A stretch of 64,000 nucleotides of DNA from an uncultured Verrucomicrobiae bacterium (GTDB lineage: Bacteria > Verrucomicrobiota > Verrucomicrobiia > Chthoniobacterales > UBA10450): the NCBI GenBank assembly GCA_963815455.1, contig CAWFGO010000001.1:832001-896000 (forward strand), read 5' to 3'. The notes under the pieces are model-generated. The model made no database searches, was not told the DNA's origin, and worked only from the letters and a program-made list of their open reading frames with translations. Shown here piece after piece: positions 51,816 to 61,652 of the stretch. A program made the translations under genes and the position numbers. The number at the start of each line of letters is the position of its first letter. Position 1 is the stretch's first letter.

Positions 51816-53013
51816 GCGAAAGCAACGGTCGCAACCAAGCTAGAAAACGTTCGGCGTAATTATCCCACGTCCATTTCGCTACTCGCTGTGATGCAGCTGC
51901 GCCCATTTCTCCCAATTCCGCAGGATGCGCAAGCGCCCAATCCAGTGCGGTCGTGAACTGATCCTGGTCGCCGTAATCAATTAAAAGGCCCTCTACGCGA
52001 TTAGTAATCGTGTCGGGCGCGCCACAGTTCTTGCTGGCGATCACTGGGAGGCCACGACTCATTGCCTCGAGAATTACGTGGCCAAATCCATCCGCTACAG
52101 CATTGAACACAAGAGCAGACGCCTCACGATAATGTCGATCTAGTTCTTCGCGTGGCAGGCGCGGCACATGCGTAAACATTCCGTGAAAATCTTCCAGGAA
52201 TTCGCGGGAAAGAAACATGCCGCCGACCAGCCTCAATTCATGCGTGCGATAGGCTTTCAATGTTTTCCAGGCTATCAGCAACCGGTGAACACCCTTGCGC
52301 ATTGTAATATTTCCCACGTAAAGAAACATCGGCCTCCGCGTAATATCTGTTGCTGTTGATGATGCGCTATCGATGCCAAAAGGAATGCATTCCGTGTTAG
52401 CCATGCCGTGCTTTTGCAATGATTCGCTGACAAACTTGGATGGACAGATCACACGGTCGGCAAGTTTGAGTTCAGCATCTTTCCTGTCCGTTCTATCGGG
52501 CGCGAACTCCCGCTGGTCCGTTGCGGCATGGCAAACCCTCGGGAACTCTCTTATTTCATTCCCCATTAATTCCTCAACCAATCGCCAGTACGCGGTCGGC
52601 AATTGATAGATAGTTTTTACTCCGATTTGCTTTGCTCGACGAAAGGTGCGCACGCAGCAATCCTCGCGCGCGAAGACTGCACCAACCGATGGATGCACAC
52701 GCTTCCGCGCGAAGCGATCCAGAAATGCGAATGAAGCATCCGTGGCACGCGTTCGCGATTGTGTAAGCGCGAGAACCACGTAAAACACAATGTCTGCGGT
52801 CCATTTTGCGTCCGTGATGTTGCGTTCAACCGGCGAAGCTGGTCGCCGCGAAAATGGTTGAGTAATCCTCGAGCTTGCGAGGACACGCTTGAATGGCGGC
52901 GCTGTTCCTCGAGTAACAAGTCTTTCAAGTAATCCCGAAGCGTACAGAATCTTTGCCGTTGCCGTCGTATCCGGCCCCAGCGATGGCATCAGACAAACAA
53001 TTCTCCTTTTCAT
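51808..53013 (-). CDS. GT4 glycosyltransferase
   Basis: LYVGNITMRKG, DGFGHVILEAMSRGLPVI. Confidence 0.88.
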   Translation of the reverse strand: MKRRIVCLMPSLGPDTTATAKILYASGLLERLVTRGTAPPFKRVLASSRITQPFSRRPASPVERNITDAKWTADIVFYVVLALTQSRTRATDASFAFLDRFARKRVHPSVGAVFAREDCCVRTFRRAKQIGVKTIYQLPTAYWRLVEELMGNEIREFPRVCHAATDQREFAPDRTDRKDAELKLADRVICPSKFVSESLQKHGMANTECIPFGIDSASSTATDITRRPMFLYVGNITMRKGVHRLLIAWKTLKAYRTHELRLVGGMFLSREFLEDFHGMFTHVPRLPREELDRHYREASALVFNAVADGFGHVILEAMSRGLPVIASKNCGAPDTITNRVEGLLIDYGDQDQFTTALDWALAHPAELGEMGAAASQRVAKWTWDNYAERFLAWLRPLLSHG

Positions 53014-53044
53014 CTGCGCAAGTCTCAGCCTTCGCCGCGGAATA

Positions 53045-54070
53045 TTACCGATGGGACGCTATCAAAAACACGCTATCCGCTACCAGGCGCAGCGGTCGAA
53101 AACCAAAGGATAGCCTCTTGAGCAATTCCGATGTCCACAACAACACCTTTTTCCAAAACGGCATCAAGTGTGAATCTGCTTTTTGCAATCCTAACCCAAA
53201 GTAACAGTCACTTCTTAGATCGACAGCGTATTCGGAAGGAGAAAAGAAGTTCTCGATTGCACGGGGATCTAGATATCGGACCTCGAATCCTCGAGCCTCA
53301 CGAAAACCGCGTCGGGCTTGATGATAGATGGATCGAAGGCCATAACAGTTGGCGAACTGAAGTTGCACGAAGCCGTTGCCATCAAGCACTCGCGTCGCTT
53401 CCTTTAACGTCTTCTTGACGTCTTCGATGCCGAAATGCTGTAACACGCTGTAAGAATAGACGACATCAAAAATATTATCTTTGAAAGGGAGATAACGAGC
53501 ATCTCCAACAACCCACTTAACATCAAGGCTTAAACTTCTGGCGGCCCTTCGACCAGCCAGAACCGCTCCCAACGAAGGATCGATTCCAATCGGAACATAA
53601 CCTTTTCGCGCACCCGCCATACACCAGCGACCCCAACTGCATCCGATATCTAAAAAATATTCCCCGCTACCATTAGGAAGATCGATCTGAGGAATTGGAT
53701 ATTCTTGAAGGCGCCCAACAAGGTGTTTGTATAAGATCCCGTTGGTGTGTGCGACAAGATAATTTATGACAGGGTCAACCGAGTTCTTGCCGGCTTGAAA
53801 ATCCCGGAGCACGCTCTGGCGTTCTTCTTCATGAATCCCAAGTGTCTGCAGAAATAAGCAATCGTCCGTTCGATTCTTTTCTCTCGCCGCCTCGATTGAA
53901 CCTCCAATCACGTGAAGCGTGGGATCGGCTTCCTCGATCAAGAGAACCGGAATTCCACTGATTATTGGAAAGCGGTGGCCGGAAGAACAGACTAGTTCTT
54001 CGTCAATCTCCTCGAAGGCTTGCCGATCTCTCGGGCAGCTAAGATGTCGCGCCAGCCATCCGTCCAACAT
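53045..54070 (-). CDS. Trm112-like domain fused to a class I SAM methyltransferase
   Basis: LSCPRD..LVC..GH.FPI..GIPVLL; LDIGCSWG, GDARYLPF, YSVLQHF. Confidence 0.85.
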   Translation of the reverse strand: MLDGWLARHLSCPRDRQAFEEIDEELVCSSGHRFPIISGIPVLLIEEADPTLHVIGGSIEAAREKNRTDDCLFLQTLGIHEEERQSVLRDFQAGKNSVDPVINYLVAHTNGILYKHLVGRLQEYPIPQIDLPNGSGEYFLDIGCSWGRWCMAGARKGYVPIGIDPSLGAVLAGRRAARSLSLDVKWVVGDARYLPFKDNIFDVVYSYSVLQHFGIEDVKKTLKEATRVLDGNGFVQLQFANCYGLRSIYHQARRGFREARGFEVRYLDPRAIENFFSPSEYAVDLRSDCYFGLGLQKADSHLMPFWKKVLLWTSELLKRLSFGFRPLRLVADSVFLIASHR

Positions 54071-55364
54071 ATTGCTTCTTGATCCTAGGCAGTTGCGGCG
54101 GTGCCGTTGACGAAGCCAGCGTCACAGCAACGATGATCCAGGCAAAAAATGAAGCGATGTGATTGAAAACCACATTCGTATAGAAAAGGCTGCCTGCCAG
54201 GAATGCGCTAAGTACAAAGACCCTTCGCAAGCCTTCATCTGAGATCCGTGCTCGCGTCTTAAAAATCACATAGATCGTGCCAATGCATGTTATCAGAAAT
54301 CCGGCGAGGCCGATCAAGCCTGTTTCCAAAACAAGTCGTGGAAACTGCCACTCGAAACGGTGAAAGGCCATTACTCCAGTTTCTGCAAAAACGCCCGCAA
54401 CTTGCTCTGTGCCAAAGCCGAGGCCCATTGGAGCGATGGCAGCCGCAGGTCCGATTTGCAAAATCGGATCCAGGGTTCTGCTCTCAACCGTATCCCCGGC
54501 CAGTTCGTGGCGTTCGATAACGGTATCCGACAACTTGACGATCATCGGATTCAGATTGAACGCGTATCCGATGAATAGGATTGCTGTGAGTGCGGCAATT
54601 CCTTTGGCCAAATTGACAACAGCGTCCTTACCGGAAACCGCTAGCACAACAAGCATCGCGAGCGCCGTAATGACAGTTCCTCGGGAGATGGAGACTAACG
54701 CGCAAACTAATGAGGCAACATAAAATCCCCATCCTGCAATGATATACGATAGGCGACCACGAGCCAGACAAAGTACGGCCAAACCCGCCCAGCTTCCTAC
54801 AGTCGCGAGGTTCGCATACCCGCTGATGTAGGAAAATGTCCCTACCGCCCGCACATTTTCTTCAAACGCAACCGCCCCTGCCACATCCTCGTTGGCGTAG
54901 TAGTTAATCGCAGCATCGATCGGACTTGAATACTGCGTGATCCCTAAGACTGCGTTCAAAACCGTCAACCCGCCGACTACAAAAACGACGACGTCAATCT
55001 TCATACCCGAGATTCGGCTTACACTCAGATATGCCAGTAAAGGCAAGAGGACCAAGGCGCGAAACGATAAAACTCCTCCGACCAAGTTCAGATCGCGCGC
55101 ACCGCTAAGAACGACGCCCAAAAGAACCAGCGGAATCCCGATGGCCAAAACTCTTCCGAGATATTGCCTGCCAAATGTTTCAACAGTCGGTCTGCAAAAC
55201 AGGACCAGCGCAATCCAAATAAAATCTTTGGAGAAGTAACATGCATATCGCATCAGCCCTCCAGATTCCCGGAATACCCATTTCCGAAGCGTACCTTCGA
55301 AAACGCAGGCAACGATGCTTAACAGCAACATCACCGTTGCAGGTCTCTGGCGGATCCAGCTCAT
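54039..55364 (-). CDS. Putative Wzy-type polymerase (multi-TM)
   Basis: About 10 or more TM segments, RAVGTFSYISG, SISRG, GLGFG, ETGLIG; located in the EPS operon. Confidence 0.65.
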   Translation of the reverse strand: MSWIRQRPATVMLLLSIVACVFEGTLRKWVFRESGGLMRYACYFSKDFIWIALVLFCRPTVETFGRQYLGRVLAIGIPLVLLGVVLSGARDLNLVGGVLSFRALVLLPLLAYLSVSRISGMKIDVVVFVVGGLTVLNAVLGITQYSSPIDAAINYYANEDVAGAVAFEENVRAVGTFSYISGYANLATVGSWAGLAVLCLARGRLSYIIAGWGFYVASLVCALVSISRGTVITALAMLVVLAVSGKDAVVNLAKGIAALTAILFIGYAFNLNPMIVKLSDTVIERHELAGDTVESRTLDPILQIGPAAAIAPMGLGFGTEQVAGVFAETGVMAFHRFEWQFPRLVLETGLIGLAGFLITCIGTIYVIFKTRARISDEGLRRVFVLSAFLAGSLFYTNVVFNHIASFFAWIIVAVTLASSTAPPQLPRIKKQYVGRMAGATS

Positions 55365-55966
55365 TGCGGCAAGTGTCTCGCCTGCCCGAGCCACGCTTCG
55401 AAAGCCGCTACTTTTTGACATGGGCAATAGCGCAGGTCACGTGACCGTTCCCGATCGCCGACCTTTGCTGGATTGCCGGTGGCGATCCTATACGGCTCAA
55501 TTCGGCCCCTTACGACGGCACCCGCGCCAACCACCGCGCCGATCCCGATCTCCGCGCCGGGCAGGAGAATCGCCCCAGTGGCAATCCACGCATGGTCCCC
55601 AATAATGATTGGCCCGGCGGTCGTTCTGAAGTCTTCGGAATCAATGTCGTGACTGGCGGTTAACAGAATGACCCCGTCATTAATAACGACGTTTCGCCCG
55701 ATATCGATTCGATCATGCAAGTGGAAAGTCACTCGGCCAACAAAAGTTCCCCGGCCTACCTTTAACTTTGCGGCACACCCGTTAAGCTTACATTTGGCGA
55801 CAAACGCCGGACTTTCTATAGTCGCCCCGCGAAACGTCATCAGCTTTTGAATGATAAGGGATTCCAGCAGGCGCGGGAGAGTGGCAATCCGTTTCGCCCA
55901 GGATTTCAACCAAGGCTGCGACCCGATTGGAAATCGGGTACGGTTTGACCATAAGTATTTCAACAT
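55361..55966 (-). CDS. Hexapeptide-repeat O-acetyltransferase
   Basis: TASHD, IGDHAWIATGAILLPG..IG.GAVVGAGAVV, GNPA. Confidence 0.88.
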   Translation of the reverse strand: MLKYLWSNRTRFPIGSQPWLKSWAKRIATLPRLLESLIIQKLMTFRGATIESPAFVAKCKLNGCAAKLKVGRGTFVGRVTFHLHDRIDIGRNVVINDGVILLTASHDIDSEDFRTTAGPIIIGDHAWIATGAILLPGAEIGIGAVVGAGAVVRGRIEPYRIATGNPAKVGDRERSRDLRYCPCQKVAAFEAWLGQARHLPQ

Positions 55967-56904
55967 TCTTCGAGTGGCCTGACGAGTCTTCGCCCGCGAC
56001 TCCGAAGGTATATTGCGGACGGCAATGCAGCCAGCCATCTTAATAAAAGCAACGGCACTAACCACGGTCGGGAAAGATTGTAACGATTAAACACGAAATG
56101 CCGTAAGCTGGCGACGAGCAAGTGCCCCCAGTTCGCGCGGTTAAGAAAATTTAGCGTGAAATACCAATCGCCTACACAATGATGCCAGCCGGCAATTCGT
56201 TTGTTGCGGATCCAGTTACGCGATCCGCCTTCCGGCGCACCCGTAGCACCCAGGTGATAGATCGACGCCTTCGGTTCGAATACAAACCGTCCACCAGACT
56301 TTCGAAATCTCATGGCAAAATCGGATTCTTCTCGAAAAGCACCTCGTCTATAATTCGAATCCATTCCGCCTATTTCAAAAAATCGATCGCGACGAATTGC
56401 AAAATTACCGCTTGCCATCCAGGCCGTTTGGCAGCGTCCCGAATAATTTTTCGGAAAATACAACCAACCTGTTTCGGGATCTGTCTGGCGCTTCGATAAT
56501 TCTTCGACCGTCTGAGCAGCACCTTCGAGGATTTGCCCGGCGACAGCTTGAGCGCTCGTATCGGAAAATGCTCGCGCATACGAGGCCAGGAAGTCCGGCT
56601 CTATCGAAATGTCATCGTCCAGAAAAAGAAAGATATCTCCCGTCGCGGCACGTGCTCCCAAATTTCGTGCGAGCGACGCGTTTGGTTCTGATTGTCGAAT
56701 ACGAACGATCACCTTCTCGATGGTCCAAGCGGCCAATAGACGCTCTGTCTCAGCGTCGTGCCTTGGGGTTTGATCAACAATCACAATCTCGTGCGGACGA
56801 TGGGTCTGCTGTTGAAGCAGCCGAATCGTTTCGCAGAGAATGCGTCCGCGATTTAGCGTCGGAATGATGCAGCTAATTCGCGGCGTTTTCGGCTGCGGGT
56901 TCAT
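55960..56904 (-). CDS. GT2 glycosyltransferase
   Basis: IIPTLNR, IVDQ, ARNLG, FLDDD, GGMD, REESD. Confidence 0.9.
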   Translation of the reverse strand: MNPQPKTPRISCIIPTLNRGRILCETIRLLQQQTHRPHEIVIVDQTPRHDAETERLLAAWTIEKVIVRIRQSEPNASLARNLGARAATGDIFLFLDDDISIEPDFLASYARAFSDTSAQAVAGQILEGAAQTVEELSKRQTDPETGWLYFPKNYSGRCQTAWMASGNFAIRRDRFFEIGGMDSNYRRGAFREESDFAMRFRKSGGRFVFEPKASIYHLGATGAPEGGSRNWIRNKRIAGWHHCVGDWYFTLNFLNRANWGHLLVASLRHFVFNRYNLSRPWLVPLLLLRWLAALPSAIYLRSRGRRLVRPLEEC

Positions 56905-57492
56905 CTATTGGGCGATTTCCGATAACCCAGGTTCGCGACGCCCGATGGCTTTCGCCGGCACGCCGGCCCAGATTTCTCCAGGCGGTAACGTCTTCATTTA
57001 CTACGGCACCCGCTCCGATCACTGCACCGCTGCCGATGTGGACCCCTTTCAAAATAACGGCATTTGCACCAATCCAGCAGTCTGAACCGATATCGATCGG
57101 CTCGAAGATGCCAACTTGCTTCCGAATCACAGCCCCAGGAGCAATGGCGTGATCGTGATCGATTAACCGCACGCCGCTTGCTATCAGAGTATCTGCCCCG
57201 ATTTCGATTCTCGCAGCAATATTGAATTCCGCGCCCGTACCAATAAACACTCGATCTCCTATTAAGATAGAAGGGCCTTCTCGATAGGGACCGTCATATT
57301 TGAATGATACGTCATTCTCTATCACGCAGTCGGCCTTGATATAGAGCTGATGCGGCCAGGTGATGCGGTACTCGCCCTAGCTTGAACCGCGTCCTATCTT
57401 GGCGCCAAGGGTCCGATACCAGAATCGCCGGATCATGAGGAGAACCATCCGTTCCTCATCCGAAAGACAAGCTTGGCAACGGTCGCGTTCAT
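56905..57492 (-). CDS. Hexapeptide-repeat acyltransferase, frameshifted
   Basis: TWPHQ, IGDRVFIG, DHDH, WIGANAVILKGV.IG.GAVIGAGAVV, GVPAK. Confidence 0.82.
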
Positions 57493-57618
57493 TTACTTGC
57501 AATGTGGACAGTGCTGCACCGCCAACCGAGCCGATTCGGCACCAAAACGTTGGGTTGTTCTGTTAACAAAAATCTATCGTGTGCCAACTGCTGTGAAGCA
57601 CAAATCATTCTTGCGCCC

Positions 57619-58902
57619 CTATGCTGCAGCCGGCGCTAAAGATCCTCTCCGCCAACTCGTCCATAATCCTCGGCCGGTCATGTAACTCGTAATAATGAGA
57701 GCGGGGATGAGTGAAATAATGCCAAACACGAGGACACCTGCCACCGAATCAAAGTGCACAAATCGCGCACAGGCAAATTGAACCAGAACTGTGGCGACCG
57801 GAACCGTCCATGTCTGCCAGACCCAGCCCCGGGACAAGGCAAGAGTGTGCACTACCCATGTCAAACCGACCACGACCGAGCTGGTCACAAGCAGGGGGAC
57901 TTCGCGCGTTAGCGAAGCATATTTCCCACCAAGAACCCACAGAATTTCACTTGGAAAAGCGATGCTACAAAACAAGAGGAGCGCTGCAAATACCAAATAA
58001 GCGACCAACGCGGTTACGAAGAGCCGGAGTAAACGATCAAGCGATTCACACCGGGCGAACGTCGGCGCGACCAATCCTGTTAGAATGCTCGCGACCAAGG
58101 CAAAGATTAATGCCAGCCGGCTGAGCGCGCCAAGATCCGCGACTTTCTCCGTCGATCCAAAGATCGAGATGATCCAGATTGTGATTTGGCCCTGGTAGGC
58201 AAAGAAAACCGTCGCCAAAGCTTGTCTTTTCATCAACCCGATCAAAGCTCGCCGATCCGACTCTTCTTCCCTGGATTCGCCGACGAGAATCCTGTTGGCG
58301 CTTCGTCGCAGCAGCATTCCTTGCACCGTCAGAGTGATCGCCGTGACTAGCACCGCGCCGATAGCGTTTAGGAAGAACCATGCCAGGATCGCCAGCAGGA
58401 CGAATCGCAAGCTCGCGCCGAAGAGATCAAACTTCTGCACGGTTGTGTAGAGGGAACGCAGTCGCAATGGAACCGCGTAGATATTTGTGAGAAACGTTCC
58501 CCATATCGTCGCGAGCACGCCGGCTGTCAGTGCGACCGTGGCCGGCCAGGACGCGCCGTTTTTTCTAAGAAGATAAAACGCCGAGAGGACAGTCAGGGGC
58601 ACGGCAACGAAGGCCAGGTAGGAACGCAGACGAAGTGCGATCGCGATGAGTCCGCGCAGTCGTGCCGAATCACTCCATATCCGCCCGCCAACGGCGTTCA
58701 AGCCCCAGCCGATTCCGGAGTCGGTCAACGCGTTTAACAGCGTCTGCAGGCTCGCGGCGATTGTGTAGGCGGCGTATTCCGGTTTGGCCAAAATGCGCAC
58801 GATCAAGAATCCGCTGAGCGCCATGACAGCGTGCACCAGTGTCTGCAATCCGCTGAAAGTGATCAGCGTTCTTGCCTTTCTCTTCAAAACCTCGACGGGC
58901 AC
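57619..58902 (-). CDS. Wzx-like flippase / polysaccharide biosynthesis membrane protein
   Basis: About 12 TM segments, LIVRIL...EYA.YT, D.G, LG.KY. Confidence 0.75.
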   Translation of the reverse strand: MPVEVLKRKARTLITFSGLQTLVHAVMALSGFLIVRILAKPEYAAYTIAASLQTLLNALTDSGIGWGLNAVGGRIWSDSARLRGLIAIALRLRSYLAFVAVPLTVLSAFYLLRKNGASWPATVALTAGVLATIWGTFLTNIYAVPLRLRSLYTTVQKFDLFGASLRFVLLAILAWFFLNAIGAVLVTAITLTVQGMLLRRSANRILVGESREEESDRRALIGLMKRQALATVFFAYQGQITIWIISIFGSTEKVADLGALSRLALIFALVASILTGLVAPTFARCESLDRLLRLFVTALVAYLVFAALLLFCSIAFPSEILWVLGGKYASLTREVPLLVTSSVVVGLTWVVHTLALSRGWVWQTWTVPVATVLVQFACARFVHFDSVAGVLVFGIISLIPALIITSYMTGRGLWTSWRRGSLAPAAA

Positions 58903-58948
58903 GCGGCGAAACTAGACTGCAATACCTGGGGAGCAACACCCAGCGCGT

Positions 58949-60701
58949 CTAGCCAAAGCGGCCAATCCAAAAATTCCCGAGAACCAGCACATCCATCTTG
59001 GTGCGCAGGAAACAGTCGAGCGCTTCCTCGGGATAACAGACGATCGGTTCATTTTCGTTAAACGACGTATTCAACACCATGGGAACATCAGTGAGATCGC
59101 GAAAATGCTCGATCAATCGGTAATAGCGCGGGTTAGTTTCCTTGTGCACGGTCTGTAATCGGCCGCTGCCATCGACGTGCGTGACCGCCGGAACCATGGT
59201 GCGGTGTTTTGGACGAAATTGAAACACTTGCATCATGAATGGGACGTCGTCTTCCTGCTCGAACCAGTCCGACACTGCTTCGCGCAGGATCGACGGCGCA
59301 AACGGCCGGAACGATTCCCGTCGTTTGATCTTCGCATTCAAGATGTCTTTCATGTCGGTCCGGCGCGGGTCCGCCAGGATGGAACGATTTCCCAGGGCCC
59401 GCGGCCCCCATTCCATTCGCCCCTGAAACCAGCCGACGACTTTCCCGTCGGCAATCGCTTGCGCGGTCCGGTGCAACAATTCTTCTTCGTTCGGTCATGA
59501 GTGCAATGGTGCAGCCGGCATTGGCGACTTCCGTTCTCTTCCAATCGAGCAAGGCGTGAATTTCCTCCTCGGACGAGATGAAGGGCCAGAGGTAGAGCGG
59601 AATCCAATTTCGACATCTTCCGATTTCGAATTTCGAATTGCACAACAGCGGCCGCGCCGATGGCGCCACCGGCGTCGCCGGCCGCGGCGGGCAGATACAT
59701 TTTCTTGAACGGCGTCCGGCGATAAACCTTGCCGTTGGCGACCGAATTCATCGCACATCCGCCAGCCAGAGCGAGATTGTCGCTCGGGTGCAGTTTGTGC
59801 AGGGCGTGGAGCAGCTCGAAGAACGCTTTTTCGTAAATCGTCTGCACCGAACGCGCGATGTCCTTGTGTTTTTGTTCGAGCGGTTCGTCCGGTTTTCGCG
59901 GCGGGACCGAGAAGAGCGGTCAGCGTTGTTGCGGTAAAGCGTGCCCACCTCGGGCGCGCAATTTTGCCAACTGTAGGAAACGTTGTCGGTGTGGTGCCGG
60001 AAATATTTCAGGTTCAAGCGGAACGTGCCGTCCGGCCGGATCCGGACCATCTCGCGCATCTGCTCGAGGAACGCCGGCTCGCCATAGGGCGCCAGCCCCA
60101 TGACCTTGTATTCGTCGCCGTAATTGGGGAAACCGATGAACTGGGTAAGCGCCGAGTAAAAAATGCCGAGCGAGTGCGGAAAATAAACGCGATTGTCGAT
60201 CTTGATATTGTCGCCCTCGCCGAATCCGAAAGCGGTGCTGGCAAAATCGCCAAAGCCGTCAATGGAAAGACAGGCGGCTTCGTTGAACCCGGAAACGAGA
60301 AAGGCCGAGGCCAGATGGGCGAGATGGTGTTCGACATGATGGATCTCCGCCTTGAGCGCGACCTGATAGTGCGCTTCGAGCGTTTCCTTGATTCGCGGCG
60401 GCGCTGCGAATATTCCGGATCTTTTGCAATCATCAATTTCGGATGCGGCAGATGCGTCAGGACAAACCCGAGCCGGCGCCAATTGTTTACGCCCGGTTTT
60501 CGATTGATCGCGATATGATCGACATCGCGCCAGTTTCAGCCGCCCTTCGCGCAGGCAATAATCGATCGCCTGCGTCGGCAGACCGGCCCAATGCTTGATC
60601 CGGCGAAACCGCTCCTCTTCCGCCGCGGCGACCAGTTTGCCATCAACAATCAAACACGCGGCGGAATCGGCGTGATAAGCGTTAAGTCCCAGGACGATCA
60701 T
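58949..60701 (-). CDS. NodU/CmcH-family carbamoyltransferase, multiply frameshifted
   Basis: HADSAA, EEERF.R.KH, HHLAH, HSLG, EYKVMGLAPYG, AGGCAMN, GDAGGAIG, GRMEWGPRALGNRS, RESFRPFAP, LNTSFN. Confidence 0.93.
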
Positions 60702-60767
60702 TGCTTCAGTCTCTTGCCGATACTGGCAAAGATCGCAAATAGTTCGAACGATTCTTTGTGAATTTTT

Positions 60768-61652
60768 CTAAATCTTTTTCGGTGGGGGAAGGGTGCCTCC
60801 GTATTTCCAGATCAACCACGGCAGGTCCAAACCGCGCGCGAGGCGTGGGATGAAAACATGCGGTTGACGCAAGAGTCTGAATGCCCACCCCAGATAGTAT
60901 CGATCGGCCCAATCCGGAATGGCGACTTGATCGCCGGTCAGGAATCCAAGGGCGGCACCGATGCAATGGATCGCGGGCCGATATTCAAGACGATCTCGTA
61001 AATAGCGCCCGAGCTTTTCCTGCGGACCGCTCCCGATGCCAATGATGACATGCGCCGGTCGCCTGCTCTCGATCTTTTCGAGCAGCCGTCGATCTTCCAC
61101 AACGGGTTCGTAATGTGGCGCGACATAAAGATCGACATCGGAAGACGCCGATTGATTTGCGCCTAACCAGCGCGTCGTTCTCTCCCGGGCGCTCTCGTTT
61201 GGCAGGACCCAAAGAACGCTCTCCTGTTTTTCCGCAAACAAGCGCGCCGTCAAATGCTGAAGATATTTTAGCCCTGAAATGCGAGGAATCCTTCGGTCGT
61301 GTAGAAATTTCCAAAGCAAGACCATCGCGCCGCTATCGGGGATGGCGAGATCCGCGCTTACCATCGCCTCGCGATAGATGAGATCGCGACGGAGCCGGGC
61401 AAAACATGTCCCCGATGGCGCGACCATAAAACCGCCACGTTGAAACATGACCTCGAGCGCTCGATCGACATCTCCATCGAAGAAACGAATGCCGAGGATT
61501 TTTTGCGACGCGTAATTTGGTTCGCCCGCCGGGCCGAGGATCTGCTCCACGAGGTCAGAGCCTAATCGCGTTTTCGCACCGCGAGAATCTGAATATGCTA
61601 TGCCCTCGTTGACCTCTCTTGCTTCCCCCGTCGAATCGAAACCGGCTCTCAA
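60768..61652 (-). CDS. WecB/TagA/CpsF-family glycosyltransferase; true start probably downstream of the ORF start
   Basis: ADLAIPDSG, RISGLKYL, GSGPQEKLG, CIGAA..F.TG, LGW..RL. Confidence 0.85.
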   Translation of the reverse strand: MRAGFDSTGEAREVNEGIAYSDSRGAKTRLGSDLVEQILGPAGEPNYASQKILGIRFFDGDVDRALEVMFQRGGFMVAPSGTCFARLRRDLIYREAMVSADLAIPDSGAMVLLWKFLHDRRIPRISGLKYLQHLTARLFAEKQESVLWVLPNESARERTTRWLGANQSASSDVDLYVAPHYEPVVEDRRLLEKIESRRPAHVIIGIGSGPQEKLGRYLRDRLEYRPAIHCIGAALGFLTGDQVAIPDWADRYYLGWAFRLLRQPHVFIPRLARGLDLPWLIWKYGGTLPPPKKI

